Source: a virus
Lineage: Duplodnaviria; Caudoviricetes
Reading direction: 5' to 3' (one strand)
DNA: 64,000 nt
IMG/VR virus record: IMGVR_UViG_3300009779_000001
Coordinates: 5,527 to 69,526 of that record
This document shows positions 19,289 through 29,105 of the stretch, piece after piece. A model generated the notes under the pieces. The model worked only from the letters and a program-made list of their open reading frames with translations, was not told where the DNA came from and searched no databases. Position 1 is the stretch's first letter; each line of letters opens with the position of its first letter. The translations under genes and the position numbers were made by a program.

Positions 19289-22179
19289 CCGCGTTCGGAG
19301 CGGGATACAAGCTAGAATCCCAGGAATCTCGCGCTCTTGGTTCGATCACTCCTGAGTCCTATGACTATCGTGATCAAGGCAAGCTTATGTCGAAGCTTGT
19401 CAATGACGTTTCCTACATGGGCCAGTACATGCGGGAAATGCAGCGAGGCATTGATGCTGCCAATGAGAACTTCATTCAGCAGATCGGTGATCTTATTGCC
19501 GATATCTTCGTTATCTTCAGCGGTAATGGCAACACCGGTTTTGACTTCGGAGACTTGAAGTACGTTTTCCAGGCAATCGGCTCACTATTCGGATTCGATG
19601 AGCAAACGGGCTTGGCAGCAATCTTCCCCATCAACCTGTTCTCTGCTGCTTGGCATTTCTTCAGTACCTACATTGTCCCGATCCAGGGGTTTCAAGACAT
19701 TCTTGCTGAGTGGCTAGACAATGCTCTTGCTACTCTGCTGGACATTTTCGGGGAAGTGCCGATTGTCGGGCAGGCTCTTCAGCAGCTTGCCGTCTGGCTG
19801 ACTCAGCTACGAGACTGGGCTGGGGATTCATGGACGTTCATCACCACTGTTCTCAATGAATTTACCCAGCCTATTGTTGATTTTCTTGTCGCCCTGGCAG
19901 GAAAAATTGAAGACCTGTTCGGTGGTCTTGGCACTGCGTTCATGGACGCCGTCAAGTTCATCATTGACATTTTCGAGAACATTGCCGAGGTATTCGCTCC
20001 TTGGACAGGCGGGTTGATTAGCGGAATCACCGATGCTTTTAACACTGCCAAGACGAACTTGCTTAATGCCTGGACGAGCGTATTCGGTGACCTCAATCTT
20101 TTTGACGGTTCCTTTACACTGATCCCTTTTATCGGCAGCATTGTCAACGCCATCTTGGGTTGGGCCGGTGATCTACTCAATATTGACTTGAGCGACTGGA
20201 TTAACGCTATCCAGAACTTGATGACGTGGTGGACTGACTGGTTCGGGGATATCAACATTTGGGACAGCGGTTTTGATGTGCTGACCCTGTTGGGCGGGGT
20301 GTTCACGGCAATCCCCGGCTGGATTGGACAGCTTTTGGGAATTGACCTTTCCGGTTGGTTGCCGTCTGTGCAGAACGCTATGAACTGGTGGACAGATTTC
20401 TTTGGCGACTTAAACATCTGGGATGAACTGTTCGACGTATTTGAATTGTTCGGGAAAATCTTTGAAGGAATGCTAACCAATATTGGCAACCTTCTTACTA
20501 TTGATCTTTCTGGTTGGCAGACAGCGGTAGAGAATGTTTTGACGTGGTGGACGAACATTTTCGGCAACATCAATATCTTCAATGTCGGGTTCAATCCACT
20601 GGACCTGCTGGAAAAGCTTGCGGAAAACCTAAAAGATTTCATTTTCGACATTCTCCCGTTTAATGATTTGGGGGCATGGATTGATCGCACATTCATCCAG
20701 CCGATAGTCGGTATCTTTACGGGAGATGCTTTGAGACTAGATTTAGCTTCTCTTGGTGATGCAGTTGGAAAGTTCCTCACTCAGTTCAGCCCCATCAACG
20801 TTGCCCAACTTTTCGGCACTATTCCGCAGCGATTGTTTGGCGTTCTTCCTGTGGCGAGTATTGCCGAAAGATCGGACAATATGCTCGACCCCCAAGGCGG
20901 GTTCGACATTTCGGCCAGTGTGGAGGGGGCGACTGGCTGGGACTGGGACAGCACTGAGGGTTCCGGCACCACAGGCTGTGTGAAGCTCGTGTGTGATGGA
21001 GGGCTTCACCAGCTTTACACCCGTATCGCTGTTCCCGTTAGCGAACGAGATCAAATCTATATCAGTGCCAAAATGAAAACAGTTGGTTATTCTGGCATTG
21101 GCACACCCTTCCGCTTAAATGTGATTCCCTTCAAGGGTGATGTGCAACAATCCACCATCATTATCGACAGCCAAGCGGAATCAACCACCTGGCTTGAAAT
21201 GGCAGATACCATTGTCATTGAGGAAGACGTTACTTCGATTTTCGTCATGCTAGAGGTTTTGGCAACGGCTTCGGCGGGAACTGTATATTGGGATGACGTT
21301 GGCGTTTACAAAACTGGAACGATGCCCCAGACCCTTGTTGACAAACTAGAAGATGTTTGGGAATCCACCACTCAACTTATTGATGACGGTTTGGATATCA
21401 ACCCCTTTGATGCCGGTACCCCGCTGTTCAATATCTTCCGGGCTTTCCGTATCCAACAAGACTCTTTGATCGGAGCCAACTCCACTATCGAAAAGCTTCA
21501 GGGTCGCATCGTTGCCTTGGAAGACGCTGGCAAGGCTGTAGCGATTGATGATTTTGAGCGAGTCGGAAGTCTAGTCCCGGTATGGAACGTCACTGAAATT
21601 GGTTCTGGTGATGGCAACATTCAGCTTGACGGTCATCACGCTTATTGGAGTGAATCAATTCTTTTTGCCGACGACAATTATGCTCTTTGTCGGTTCATAG
21701 GTGGCGGGAATTATGGTGATCAGCACTCCAACACTGCTTATCAATATGTTTCCGCTATCGTTAACGCCGGTCCTTGGCAAGGATCATGGCCTACGGCTCC
21801 CGCTGTTGATCTGCTCGCTATGCTTGCTGATGATAATTCAAGTTATGTTCGCGCACGGTGGACAAGCACTGGGCAGCTTATTCTTAGCTACCTTGAGGGG
21901 GGCAACATTTATGACCTGATCACGGTGTCAACATCTGTGCCGTCAGCAGGAAGTATTATTGCCCTTAAGGTCGGCAACCTGGCTACCGGGGAGCCAGATA
22001 AAATCACTGTAATCCAAAACTCTCAAGAAAAAATTTCATCATTTCTTGACGGCAGTTACGATGTTCACAGCTATAAAGATAATCGTGGGTGGGGCTTTGG
22101 GTTTTTTGCACGAAGCACCCCGCTATTGGGGCAGTTCTCCCCAGGTTCTATCCATCAATGGCAAGCTAACGATCAGTGA
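19285..22179 (+). CDS. large minor tail protein with hydrophobic 53-aa repeats and CBM-like domain
   Basis: 964 aa; Trp-rich amphipathic repeats; VYWDDV CBM-like motif. Confidence 0.75.
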   Translation: MTAFGAGYKLESQESRALGSITPESYDYRDQGKLMSKLVNDVSYMGQYMREMQRGIDAANENFIQQIGDLIADIFVIFSGNGNTGFDFGDLKYVFQAIGSLFGFDEQTGLAAIFPINLFSAAWHFFSTYIVPIQGFQDILAEWLDNALATLLDIFGEVPIVGQALQQLAVWLTQLRDWAGDSWTFITTVLNEFTQPIVDFLVALAGKIEDLFGGLGTAFMDAVKFIIDIFENIAEVFAPWTGGLISGITDAFNTAKTNLLNAWTSVFGDLNLFDGSFTLIPFIGSIVNAILGWAGDLLNIDLSDWINAIQNLMTWWTDWFGDINIWDSGFDVLTLLGGVFTAIPGWIGQLLGIDLSGWLPSVQNAMNWWTDFFGDLNIWDELFDVFELFGKIFEGMLTNIGNLLTIDLSGWQTAVENVLTWWTNIFGNINIFNVGFNPLDLLEKLAENLKDFIFDILPFNDLGAWIDRTFIQPIVGIFTGDALRLDLASLGDAVGKFLTQFSPINVAQLFGTIPQRLFGVLPVASIAERSDNMLDPQGGFDISASVEGATGWDWDSTEGSGTTGCVKLVCDGGLHQLYTRIAVPVSERDQIYISAKMKTVGYSGIGTPFRLNVIPFKGDVQQSTIIIDSQAESTTWLEMADTIVIEEDVTSIFVMLEVLATASAGTVYWDDVGVYKTGTMPQTLVDKLEDVWESTTQLIDDGLDINPFDAGTPLFNIFRAFRIQQDSLIGANSTIEKLQGRIVALEDAGKAVAIDDFERVGSLVPVWNVTEIGSGDGNIQLDGHHAYWSESILFADDNYALCRFIGGGNYGDQHSNTAYQYVSAIVNAGPWQGSWPTAPAVDLLAMLADDNSSYVRARWTSTGQLILSYLEGGNIYDLITVSTSVPSAGSIIALKVGNLATGEPDKITVIQNSQEKISSFLDGSYDVHSYKDNRGWGFGFFARSTPLLGQFSPGSIHQWQANDQ
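20035..20670 (+). repeat. four tandem 159-nt (53-aa) degenerate coding repeats
   Basis: Units start at 20035, 20194, 20353 and 20512; consensus xWxxxxxNxxxWWTxxFGxxNI[WF]xxxF...LLxIDLS. Confidence 0.85.
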
Positions 22180-22185
22180 GGAAGC

Positions 22186-24447
22186 ATGACTGGAAAGCCT
22201 AGATTTTTTTACGCTAGGGGAACGTCTTACATTCTCAATATTCTTAGTGGCGGCTTCAAAGTTGACAACCTCAATGTCATATACCTGGGTGATTTTAAAT
22301 TCAATGTGTCTGCTGCTCAAATCAATGCAGCCATTCCCGGTCTCAACGGAAGAAGCGTGGCGTGGACCGGCTCTCCTTCTGCCGATCCTTTTTGCATGTT
22401 GATGAATCCCCAAATTTGGGATATTCGCCAGCCACCTTATCCGGCTGCAACTATCGGTATGGGTGCTTCTATCGACGCCGGAATCACCAACACGATTAAC
22501 GAAATCAATCAAATGCCTGCCGGTACTCCTTTTGCAATCGGAGGGTATTCGCAGGGTGCCGCTGTAATGAGCGGGGTGCTGAAAGAAATCCAGAGCGGGT
22601 CGCTCACGTCCAGAGCGTCGGACTTCATGGGAGGAGTATGTTTTGGGAACCCCCGGCGGCAGTTGAACTTTCGTGGCCCTGTTGGTGGAACATGGTCGGG
22701 AGCATGGGATGACCCTGGCTCTGATACCGGTGGTGGAGGCTCTTTTCCACTGACCGGAGATTATGCGCGACTAACAACCTCTCCTGATAACTGGGTGGAG
22801 TTCACCACTACCGACGACATTTTCAGTAGTGCTGGGTCTACAACTATCGGCCAAAACTGGCGAGATGCCAACAGTCTATTTCTAGATTTGCTTGAATCTC
22901 AATATGTAGGCCAATTCCTTTCTGAATTAATTGGCGGTTTCTTGTCCAGCAATGGAATCGGGCCAACTCAAATTACCCCCATGACGAACGCCATCAACGC
23001 TGCCTTCACTCTTGCTGGAGTAGTAAATAATTTTGTTGATGCCGCTGGAAATCCTTTCTCTATTGCAGGGGCAGGACATACTCAATATCCCGCTGTTCCT
23101 CCTGTCGGTGACCCTGATAACGGACTGACCAGCTTCCAGATCGCTCTCAAGTACCTCGACACTCTGGCCGACGAGTACGCCAGAAGCCCGTCCATCCTCC
23201 CTCCCACTTCGGCGGGATGGGCCACCAAGCTCTATCCCCCGGCGACGACATGGGAGGACACTCCTGGTGCGGCTGCCGCTATGGCAACAACCTATGATTA
23301 CGGGGCTGGCGCGGGTGGTGGCACGGGTGGTGGAGCGGATTTGTCGGGTTCCGGCATCTGGTTTGTTACCGATTTCGGCGCAGTCGGTGATGGTGTCCAC
23401 GACGATCAGCCTGCATTTATGGCTGCGATTGAGGCTGCGGTAGAGAACGGCGGCGGCACGATCTGGGTTCCCCCAGGAGACTACGCACTGGATGCACCGA
23501 TAGCCCCACTCAATATGGACACGATCTGGGACGGTGCGGCGACTAACGTCAAATTGGCCGGGATAGGCCATCGCGGCCTGTCCGGTTTGGAACCTGGCGG
23601 GGCCAGACTCCAAGCTAAAGGCGACTACCCGGTTATAGGTGGCTGGTGGTACTCCTGCCATATAACAAACTTCTGCATGGACGTTGAAGGCAATAACTCC
23701 CCAGCGATTAAAGCCGATATCTCAAAATCCATCATTTCACACAACGAGCTAATCGGCTGGGTTGGCTATGGGATGCAGCTTTGCACAGACGAGTGGAAAA
23801 ATGACGGCAACCCCACCTACCTGAATAAAATTGAGTACAACCACATTCAGCAGTCAAATGGTATAGGTTTGTACGCATCGTATTTGATGTGGGACTCCTA
23901 CATTCGATACAACAATATTGGGTCCACTGACACAAACATTATGTGCGAAGGTGGGCCGCATAAGATTCACTACAACTGGCTGGACGGCGAGACAGGTCCG
24001 AATCACAATATTTGGATGGCGAACGTCGGCCACACTACCGAAATTGTTGGCAACTATATGGAGAACTGTCAGCGGGAAGCCGTGTTGATTGAACGCCCGT
24101 CGTGGGAAACGGGTGACCGCAGGCTTTCGTTCAAGTTCGTTGGCAATCAGATTTTGAATGGCGGTCACAACAGCGAACTTGAGTTCCCGGCTGTACGAAT
24201 TATCGGTAACGCTGACGGTGACACCGGAAAACTTGTTGGCCTTATATTTAATGACAACCAATTCTTTGATGATGAGGACGGCCATTGGGCGCACGCAGTA
24301 GAAATGCAAAACATCAAATCAGCAACCATCGTCGGTAACGAATGGTCGAACAACGCCTACACATCCTCTTATGCAATGCGAATCCTTAATTGTGAAGATG
24401 TTCAAGTGTACGGAAACGCTGGCGGCTCAACAATCAAAACCACTTAG
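22186..24447 (+). CDS. cutinase-like serine hydrolase fused to a right-handed beta-helix (pectate-lyase-3-like) domain
   Basis: GGYSQGAAV nucleophile elbow and FGNPRR; then VTDFGAVGDGVHDDQPAFMAAI and Asn-ladder repeats. Confidence 0.8.
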   Translation: MTGKPRFFYARGTSYILNILSGGFKVDNLNVIYLGDFKFNVSAAQINAAIPGLNGRSVAWTGSPSADPFCMLMNPQIWDIRQPPYPAATIGMGASIDAGITNTINEINQMPAGTPFAIGGYSQGAAVMSGVLKEIQSGSLTSRASDFMGGVCFGNPRRQLNFRGPVGGTWSGAWDDPGSDTGGGGSFPLTGDYARLTTSPDNWVEFTTTDDIFSSAGSTTIGQNWRDANSLFLDLLESQYVGQFLSELIGGFLSSNGIGPTQITPMTNAINAAFTLAGVVNNFVDAAGNPFSIAGAGHTQYPAVPPVGDPDNGLTSFQIALKYLDTLADEYARSPSILPPTSAGWATKLYPPATTWEDTPGAAAAMATTYDYGAGAGGGTGGGADLSGSGIWFVTDFGAVGDGVHDDQPAFMAAIEAAVENGGGTIWVPPGDYALDAPIAPLNMDTIWDGAATNVKLAGIGHRGLSGLEPGGARLQAKGDYPVIGGWWYSCHITNFCMDVEGNNSPAIKADISKSIISHNELIGWVGYGMQLCTDEWKNDGNPTYLNKIEYNHIQQSNGIGLYASYLMWDSYIRYNNIGSTDTNIMCEGGPHKIHYNWLDGETGPNHNIWMANVGHTTEIVGNYMENCQREAVLIERPSWETGDRRLSFKFVGNQILNGGHNSELEFPAVRIIGNADGDTGKLVGLIFNDNQFFDDEDGHWAHAVEMQNIKSATIVGNEWSNNAYTSSYAMRILNCEDVQVYGNAGGSTIKTT

Positions 24448-24456
24448 GAGAATCTG

Positions 24457-26397
24457 ATGGCTGGTGTTGTTGTTGGAGGGTACGGCGGCGGTATTGCTCG
24501 CACACAAAGACACTTCAATGTGGACGATTACGGCGCAGACCCAACTGGCGCAACTAATTCAAACGCTGCTATAACTGCCGCAAGAACAGCTTTGGGCACA
24601 GAACCGGGATTGATCGTTTTTGGTGTCGGAACATATCTTTTTACAAATGGTCTTAATGTTGAGAATGGTACTGAACTTGGCCTGAATCAAGGTGTCATGG
24701 GTCAAGGGGCATCTTTAACAACAGTAAAATTCAATGGGGCTTACTGCCCGTTTGAATTCCGTAATTCTGCGTGGCAGTTCAACACCGCTTCAGAGGGCGG
24801 CGAAGATCTGTCCGGTATGTGGTTGTACGGTTGGGAAAACACCAATACAAACGTTCACGCGATCCGCTGGGGCGATATCGGCAAAATGCGGATTCACGAT
24901 GTTCATGTTGCTGGATTTAACCAATCTGGTGACGTTGGCATGTATGCAAGCAATGATATTGGCTGGTCTGAACGAGCAGATATCGAATGCTCGGTGGAAC
25001 AGTGTTCGACTGCATACCTGTTTGAGGGTGCCATGCCAAATGGAACAAACCCGTTTGGTGCTACCTCTTTTGATTATTCCCATTATCGACTCAACTTTGT
25101 GTGCCTCGCCGGTCAAGATGCTTTCGTTCTTCGCAGCAAAGCGGGTGGCTACAAAACCACGATGAATGGCGTAAAGCTTGAATTGACGGGAAACTGCCTA
25201 TTATCTGCGGAGGGTGAACCTAACGAAGCGGCACTATTTCGTATCGGGCGGGATAATGCCGATCAGGCGGCGCTTACCGGTGAACTGTATATCAACGTGG
25301 AAACGTCCGGTGACCTAGGCGATCTTGGCGTAGCTCATTACGATTTTATGATGGGCGGCGCTGGACCGTTTTGGGAGGTTGAATCTAAAGTTTCGGCGTT
25401 CGGGACAATTAATCTCATCCCGTTTTCCGGTGTGAACTTCCGTGCTGGCACTGGGCATCCTCGTAATTTCGCTTTTGCCGGGTTGTTGAAGAATTCGCCT
25501 ACGTTTGGTTCGACTACTAATTCGCAGGCGTTTCAGCCGTTACAGCTTGTTTCTCAGGCTCGTGGCGATTATTGGATCGCCCCGTCTAACGCGGTGCAGA
25601 CGATTTATGTGCGTGAGGCTACGGCTGGTACGTTCACCATTGACTACGATGGTACATCTACGCCTGCTTTGGATTTTGACGCGTCGATTGCAGAAGTGCA
25701 AGCGGCGCTGGAGGCTATTCCGGCTTTGACTGGGAATGTGACGGTTGTTCAGGGTCAGGCGCGGTTTATCAACGGCTATTACGCGGATGAGCTGGCTTAC
25801 GGTGTCACGTTCGGCGCAGGGCTGGCAGAAACCGCTGTGCCCACGTTCACGGTTGACGATTCCGGTTTGACGGGTACGGCTGATGTTGTTGTTCGCAATA
25901 CCGGTTCGGCTAATAAGACGCTGACTGCTCGTATCGAAACCGGTAATATCGTCAAGATCGAAGAAACAGCGGGAACGTATCGGCTTGGTTTGGATATCGG
26001 TCTTTTGACTGATCAGGTCGGAACTGATAAGGACTCGCCTTTCGGTTTGTTCGGTGTGGATATCTGGATTAAACAACCGACAACCGGCGGGAACGTGGTG
26101 TTGGAAGGGCCGTGGTTTGCTGCTAACGCCCAGTCTGGGTCTACGGCTACTTTCGATTGGTTCGACGGTATCCCTCCGGTTTTGTCTACTGAGGCAGACG
26201 CTTGGGATGTTATTCGTATATCTACATACAATTTCAACGTGTGGATCGGTCAGCATATAACTCGCAAAGCAATCGTTGACCCACCACTTACTTCAACGTC
26301 ACCGGGGGTCAAGGGCCAAAGAGCAATAGACGAATCGCATGAATATGTTTGTGTGGACACGAACTCGTGGAAGAGAACCCCTATCAGTAGTTGGTAG
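24457..26397 (+). CDS. tailspike-like protein with N-terminal pectate-lyase-3-like motif
   Basis: FNVDDYGADPTGATNSNAAITAA motif; later GTFTIDYDG..T..L.FDAS..EVQAALEA domain. Confidence 0.7.
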   Translation: MAGVVVGGYGGGIARTQRHFNVDDYGADPTGATNSNAAITAARTALGTEPGLIVFGVGTYLFTNGLNVENGTELGLNQGVMGQGASLTTVKFNGAYCPFEFRNSAWQFNTASEGGEDLSGMWLYGWENTNTNVHAIRWGDIGKMRIHDVHVAGFNQSGDVGMYASNDIGWSERADIECSVEQCSTAYLFEGAMPNGTNPFGATSFDYSHYRLNFVCLAGQDAFVLRSKAGGYKTTMNGVKLELTGNCLLSAEGEPNEAALFRIGRDNADQAALTGELYINVETSGDLGDLGVAHYDFMMGGAGPFWEVESKVSAFGTINLIPFSGVNFRAGTGHPRNFAFAGLLKNSPTFGSTTNSQAFQPLQLVSQARGDYWIAPSNAVQTIYVREATAGTFTIDYDGTSTPALDFDASIAEVQAALEAIPALTGNVTVVQGQARFINGYYADELAYGVTFGAGLAETAVPTFTVDDSGLTGTADVVVRNTGSANKTLTARIETGNIVKIEETAGTYRLGLDIGLLTDQVGTDKDSPFGLFGVDIWIKQPTTGGNVVLEGPWFAANAQSGSTATFDWFDGIPPVLSTEADAWDVIRISTYNFNVWIGQHITRKAIVDPPLTSTSPGVKGQRAIDESHEYVCVDTNSWKRTPISSW

Positions 26398-26421
26398 TAG
26401 GATTAAGAAGGAGGTAATGGC

Positions 26422-28071
26422 GTGGTTCAATTCGGTGTTGAGTCAGAAAACGGTTGGAGACCGGCTAAGGCTTCTGCCGATCAATGCGTCTGGGTCAAAG
26501 TACCGGGAACCACTGTCTCCCTTCAGATTTTACGAGGCCAACCCGAAAAAATCCTCAGAGCGTTTGCGGCTGATTTCAATGCTTACGTTGAACCGTTGCG
26601 CGATCCTGATTCTGCAAGTTGGACACCGACTAATTCTGTAGCAACGTCCAATCATCTCAATGGTACTGCTATGGATTTAAACTGGCAAAGTCATCCATTT
26701 AGGGTTTTAAATGCTGGATTTAATCAATCCCAAATCAATACCATCAACGATCTTCTTGATTTCTACGAAAATACCATTTTTTGGGGAAACTATTGGAGCA
26801 ACCCAAAAGATGCCATGCACTTTCAAATGGGGTATGGAACATGGAACAATCCAAAAACACAAGACTTCATTAACCGCAAAATTCGGCCTGACGGTTACTC
26901 AACATTTAGGCGCGGAGGTACGTTTACGCCTGCGCCTGCACAGGTAACCTATGGAGAAAAGGTAGAAATCCTCGCCGAAGCCATGGGGAACAGCATCCCC
27001 ATGGACCGCTACCGCGATCTTCTCCCCGCCGTGAGTGAGGCACTAGCTGCTTGCGACTGCACTACCGTTCCTCGCATTGCCATGTGGATGGCTCAAATCG
27101 GCCACGAGTCGGCGGGTCTGAAATACATGGAGGAAATTGCCAGCGGAGAAGCTTACGAAGGCCGCAGTGATCTTGGAAATCACAAACCGGGGGATGGAAA
27201 AAGGTACAAAGGTAGAGGCCCAATCCAAATCACCGGTCGTCACAACTACACCAAAGTTTCGGAGTGGGCTTTCAAAAATGGCTACACGACGTACAAGAAC
27301 TTTTTTGTTGAACACCCAGAAAAACTGTCTGACAGTGAGTATGGTTTTCTTGGGGTGGTTTGGTACTGGACTGTCGCTCGCCCTCACATCAATCAACTGT
27401 GTGACAATGGTGATCTTAGCGGAGTTACGCAAGCGATTAACGGCGGGTATAACGGATTAGAAGATCGACGCAACAGGTGGAATAAAGCAAAAGGCATGGG
27501 CGACAAGCTCCTGTCGCTTGTGGGAAAATCAGAAGAAACACAGGAGGACGGTTTCATGTCTGCTTTGAGTGCCGACGAACAGCGAGCCTTGTATAACGCG
27601 ATAATGATGCCGCGTCCCAGCAAGTCTCCCCTCGCCCATATTGGGGAGGGAAACATTGGTAACAGTCAAGATATCGAAGGGTACATGGATGCAAATATCC
27701 ACGTTCTTGTTGTGGATTTGCTTGCTAGGCTAGGCGATCCCAATACGCTCGCTCTGCTGGAAGAAGTGTCCAACGTGGACCTCGCCAAGTACCCCAACAA
27801 GGCTGGTGGGAAGAACCTCGCGCTGGCGATTTTGGAGAACGCACGCCGGTTGGCTTCTGGTGGGTCAGCCCCGGCCCCTTCTGGTTCTGCTCCCGCCCCC
27901 CCGGTCCAGACACGGATTGAGTACGTTCCGGTTCCTGCTCCCCCCGCTCCTGCTGCGACTGCCGCGCCTCTCCCCGTTACTGGTGATGGCCTATACAATG
28001 AAATTAACAACTTCAAAAATCTTTTGCAGGAAGTCGGCGCGAGTATTTCCCAGGCTGTCAAAGGAGAATAA
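26422..28071 (+). CDS. lysA: endolysin (lysin A): M15-type peptidase, GH19 glycoside hydrolase, C-terminal binding region
   Basis: ENGW start; SNHLNGTAMD...DAMHFQ Zn motif; AQIGHES...YKGRGPIQITGRHNY GH19 motif; GGAGG SD 7 nt before GTG. Confidence 0.9.
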   Translation: MVQFGVESENGWRPAKASADQCVWVKVPGTTVSLQILRGQPEKILRAFAADFNAYVEPLRDPDSASWTPTNSVATSNHLNGTAMDLNWQSHPFRVLNAGFNQSQINTINDLLDFYENTIFWGNYWSNPKDAMHFQMGYGTWNNPKTQDFINRKIRPDGYSTFRRGGTFTPAPAQVTYGEKVEILAEAMGNSIPMDRYRDLLPAVSEALAACDCTTVPRIAMWMAQIGHESAGLKYMEEIASGEAYEGRSDLGNHKPGDGKRYKGRGPIQITGRHNYTKVSEWAFKNGYTTYKNFFVEHPEKLSDSEYGFLGVVWYWTVARPHINQLCDNGDLSGVTQAINGGYNGLEDRRNRWNKAKGMGDKLLSLVGKSEETQEDGFMSALSADEQRALYNAIMMPRPSKSPLAHIGEGNIGNSQDIEGYMDANIHVLVVDLLARLGDPNTLALLEEVSNVDLAKYPNKAGGKNLALAILENARRLASGGSAPAPSGSAPAPPVQTRIEYVPVPAPPAPAATAAPLPVTGDGLYNEINNFKNLLQEVGASISQAVKGE

Positions 28072-28073
28072 AA

Positions 28074-28331
28074 ATGTTCAAGTACAGCGTTCCGCAAACG
28101 GCGAAAGCCTGGGTGAGCCTTGTCGGCGCACTCCTCACTGTCACCGTTCCCACTGTGGCGAGTACGTCGGAAAACCTTCCCGCTCCGTGGCCTGCGGTAA
28201 TCGCCGCCATCATTGCGGTTCTCACTGCGCTGGGGGTCTACAAGGTGCCGAATGCACCGGGTGGTCCCAAAAAAGCCAGTCCCGGCCCTTCTGCCACAGG
28301 CGGGAAATATGACTTCCCTTGGCCTAAGTGA
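28074..28331 (+). CDS. holin
   Basis: 85 aa, two hydrophobic helices, AKAWVSLVG and LGVYKVPN motifs; follows lysin A. Confidence 0.8.
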   Translation: MFKYSVPQTAKAWVSLVGALLTVTVPTVASTSENLPAPWPAVIAAIIAVLTALGVYKVPNAPGGPKKASPGPSATGGKYDFPWPK

Positions 28332-28806
28332 TGACATTGATGGCTATCTGAAACTGAACTGGCGTTCTTTCACCTTCACGTCAGTTCTGTACGTATTTAA
28401 CTTTCTTGGCTTAATACATATTCTTATTAACCGCGATAAGCCAATTAATTTTGATCTTATCGCTACCTGGGCATACCGCACCTGGATTATCGTGGGTCTT
28501 GTCACGCCTATTCTGTTTGTCTTATCTATAATTATGATGTTCAAGGCAAACGGAAGAGTCCGGCTCATGGGTATATGGCTCAGACTCGCTTCCAATAGTG
28601 GATTGTTTAGTTGTATGCTCGCGTTTTGGATTGCCGGGTGGGATTTGCAGCGCAACAATGAAACCTACATCTACGCTGGCTATTTGATATCAGCTATTCT
28701 TTTTTATACTTTTTTGATTTTATTCAAAAATTTTTGCATGATCGGGCGCGTTCATCTTGACGCTCAAAGGATAAGTCGATCAAAGCAGGCACTTAATGCC
28801 CGATAA
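28309..28806 (+). CDS. four-TM membrane protein (lysis cassette)
   Basis: ATG 28309 overlaps the holin end; four hydrophobic segments. Confidence 0.65.
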   Translation: MTSLGLSDDIDGYLKLNWRSFTFTSVLYVFNFLGLIHILINRDKPINFDLIATWAYRTWIIVGLVTPILFVLSIIMMFKANGRVRLMGIWLRLASNSGLFSCMLAFWIAGWDLQRNNETYIYAGYLISAILFYTFLILFKNFCMIGRVHLDAQRISRSKQALNAR

Positions 28807-29101
28807 CTTAGCCGGGTGGGTGGCGACTGCTGGTGGCGGCACGCTCATAGGCTCCATTATTATGGGGCTTATTCAAACTTTTGGAAAACGCGGCAAAGAC
28901 CGCGCAGATGCAGCAGATGTTAACATCACGACTGCAACTAAAATCATGGATAGAATAATGAAAGAAAACGAGCAAATGCGTGAGGCTCTTATTCTTACTC
29001 TTGAAGCTATTGAATTTATGGTGCGTGATTTGCCTGATGATTCTGACGCTCACGTCAAGGCCCGTGAGGCTCGTCATCTTCTCATTAAGAGTCTAGGATA
29101 A
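28796..29101 (+). CDS. single-TM plus coiled-coil membrane protein (lysis cassette)
   Basis: N-terminal GGGTLIGSIIMGL TM segment followed by helical charged region. Confidence 0.65.
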   Translation: MPDNLAGWVATAGGGTLIGSIIMGLIQTFGKRGKDRADAADVNITTATKIMDRIMKENEQMREALILTLEAIEFMVRDLPDDSDAHVKAREARHLLIKSLG

Positions 29102-29105
29102 GACT

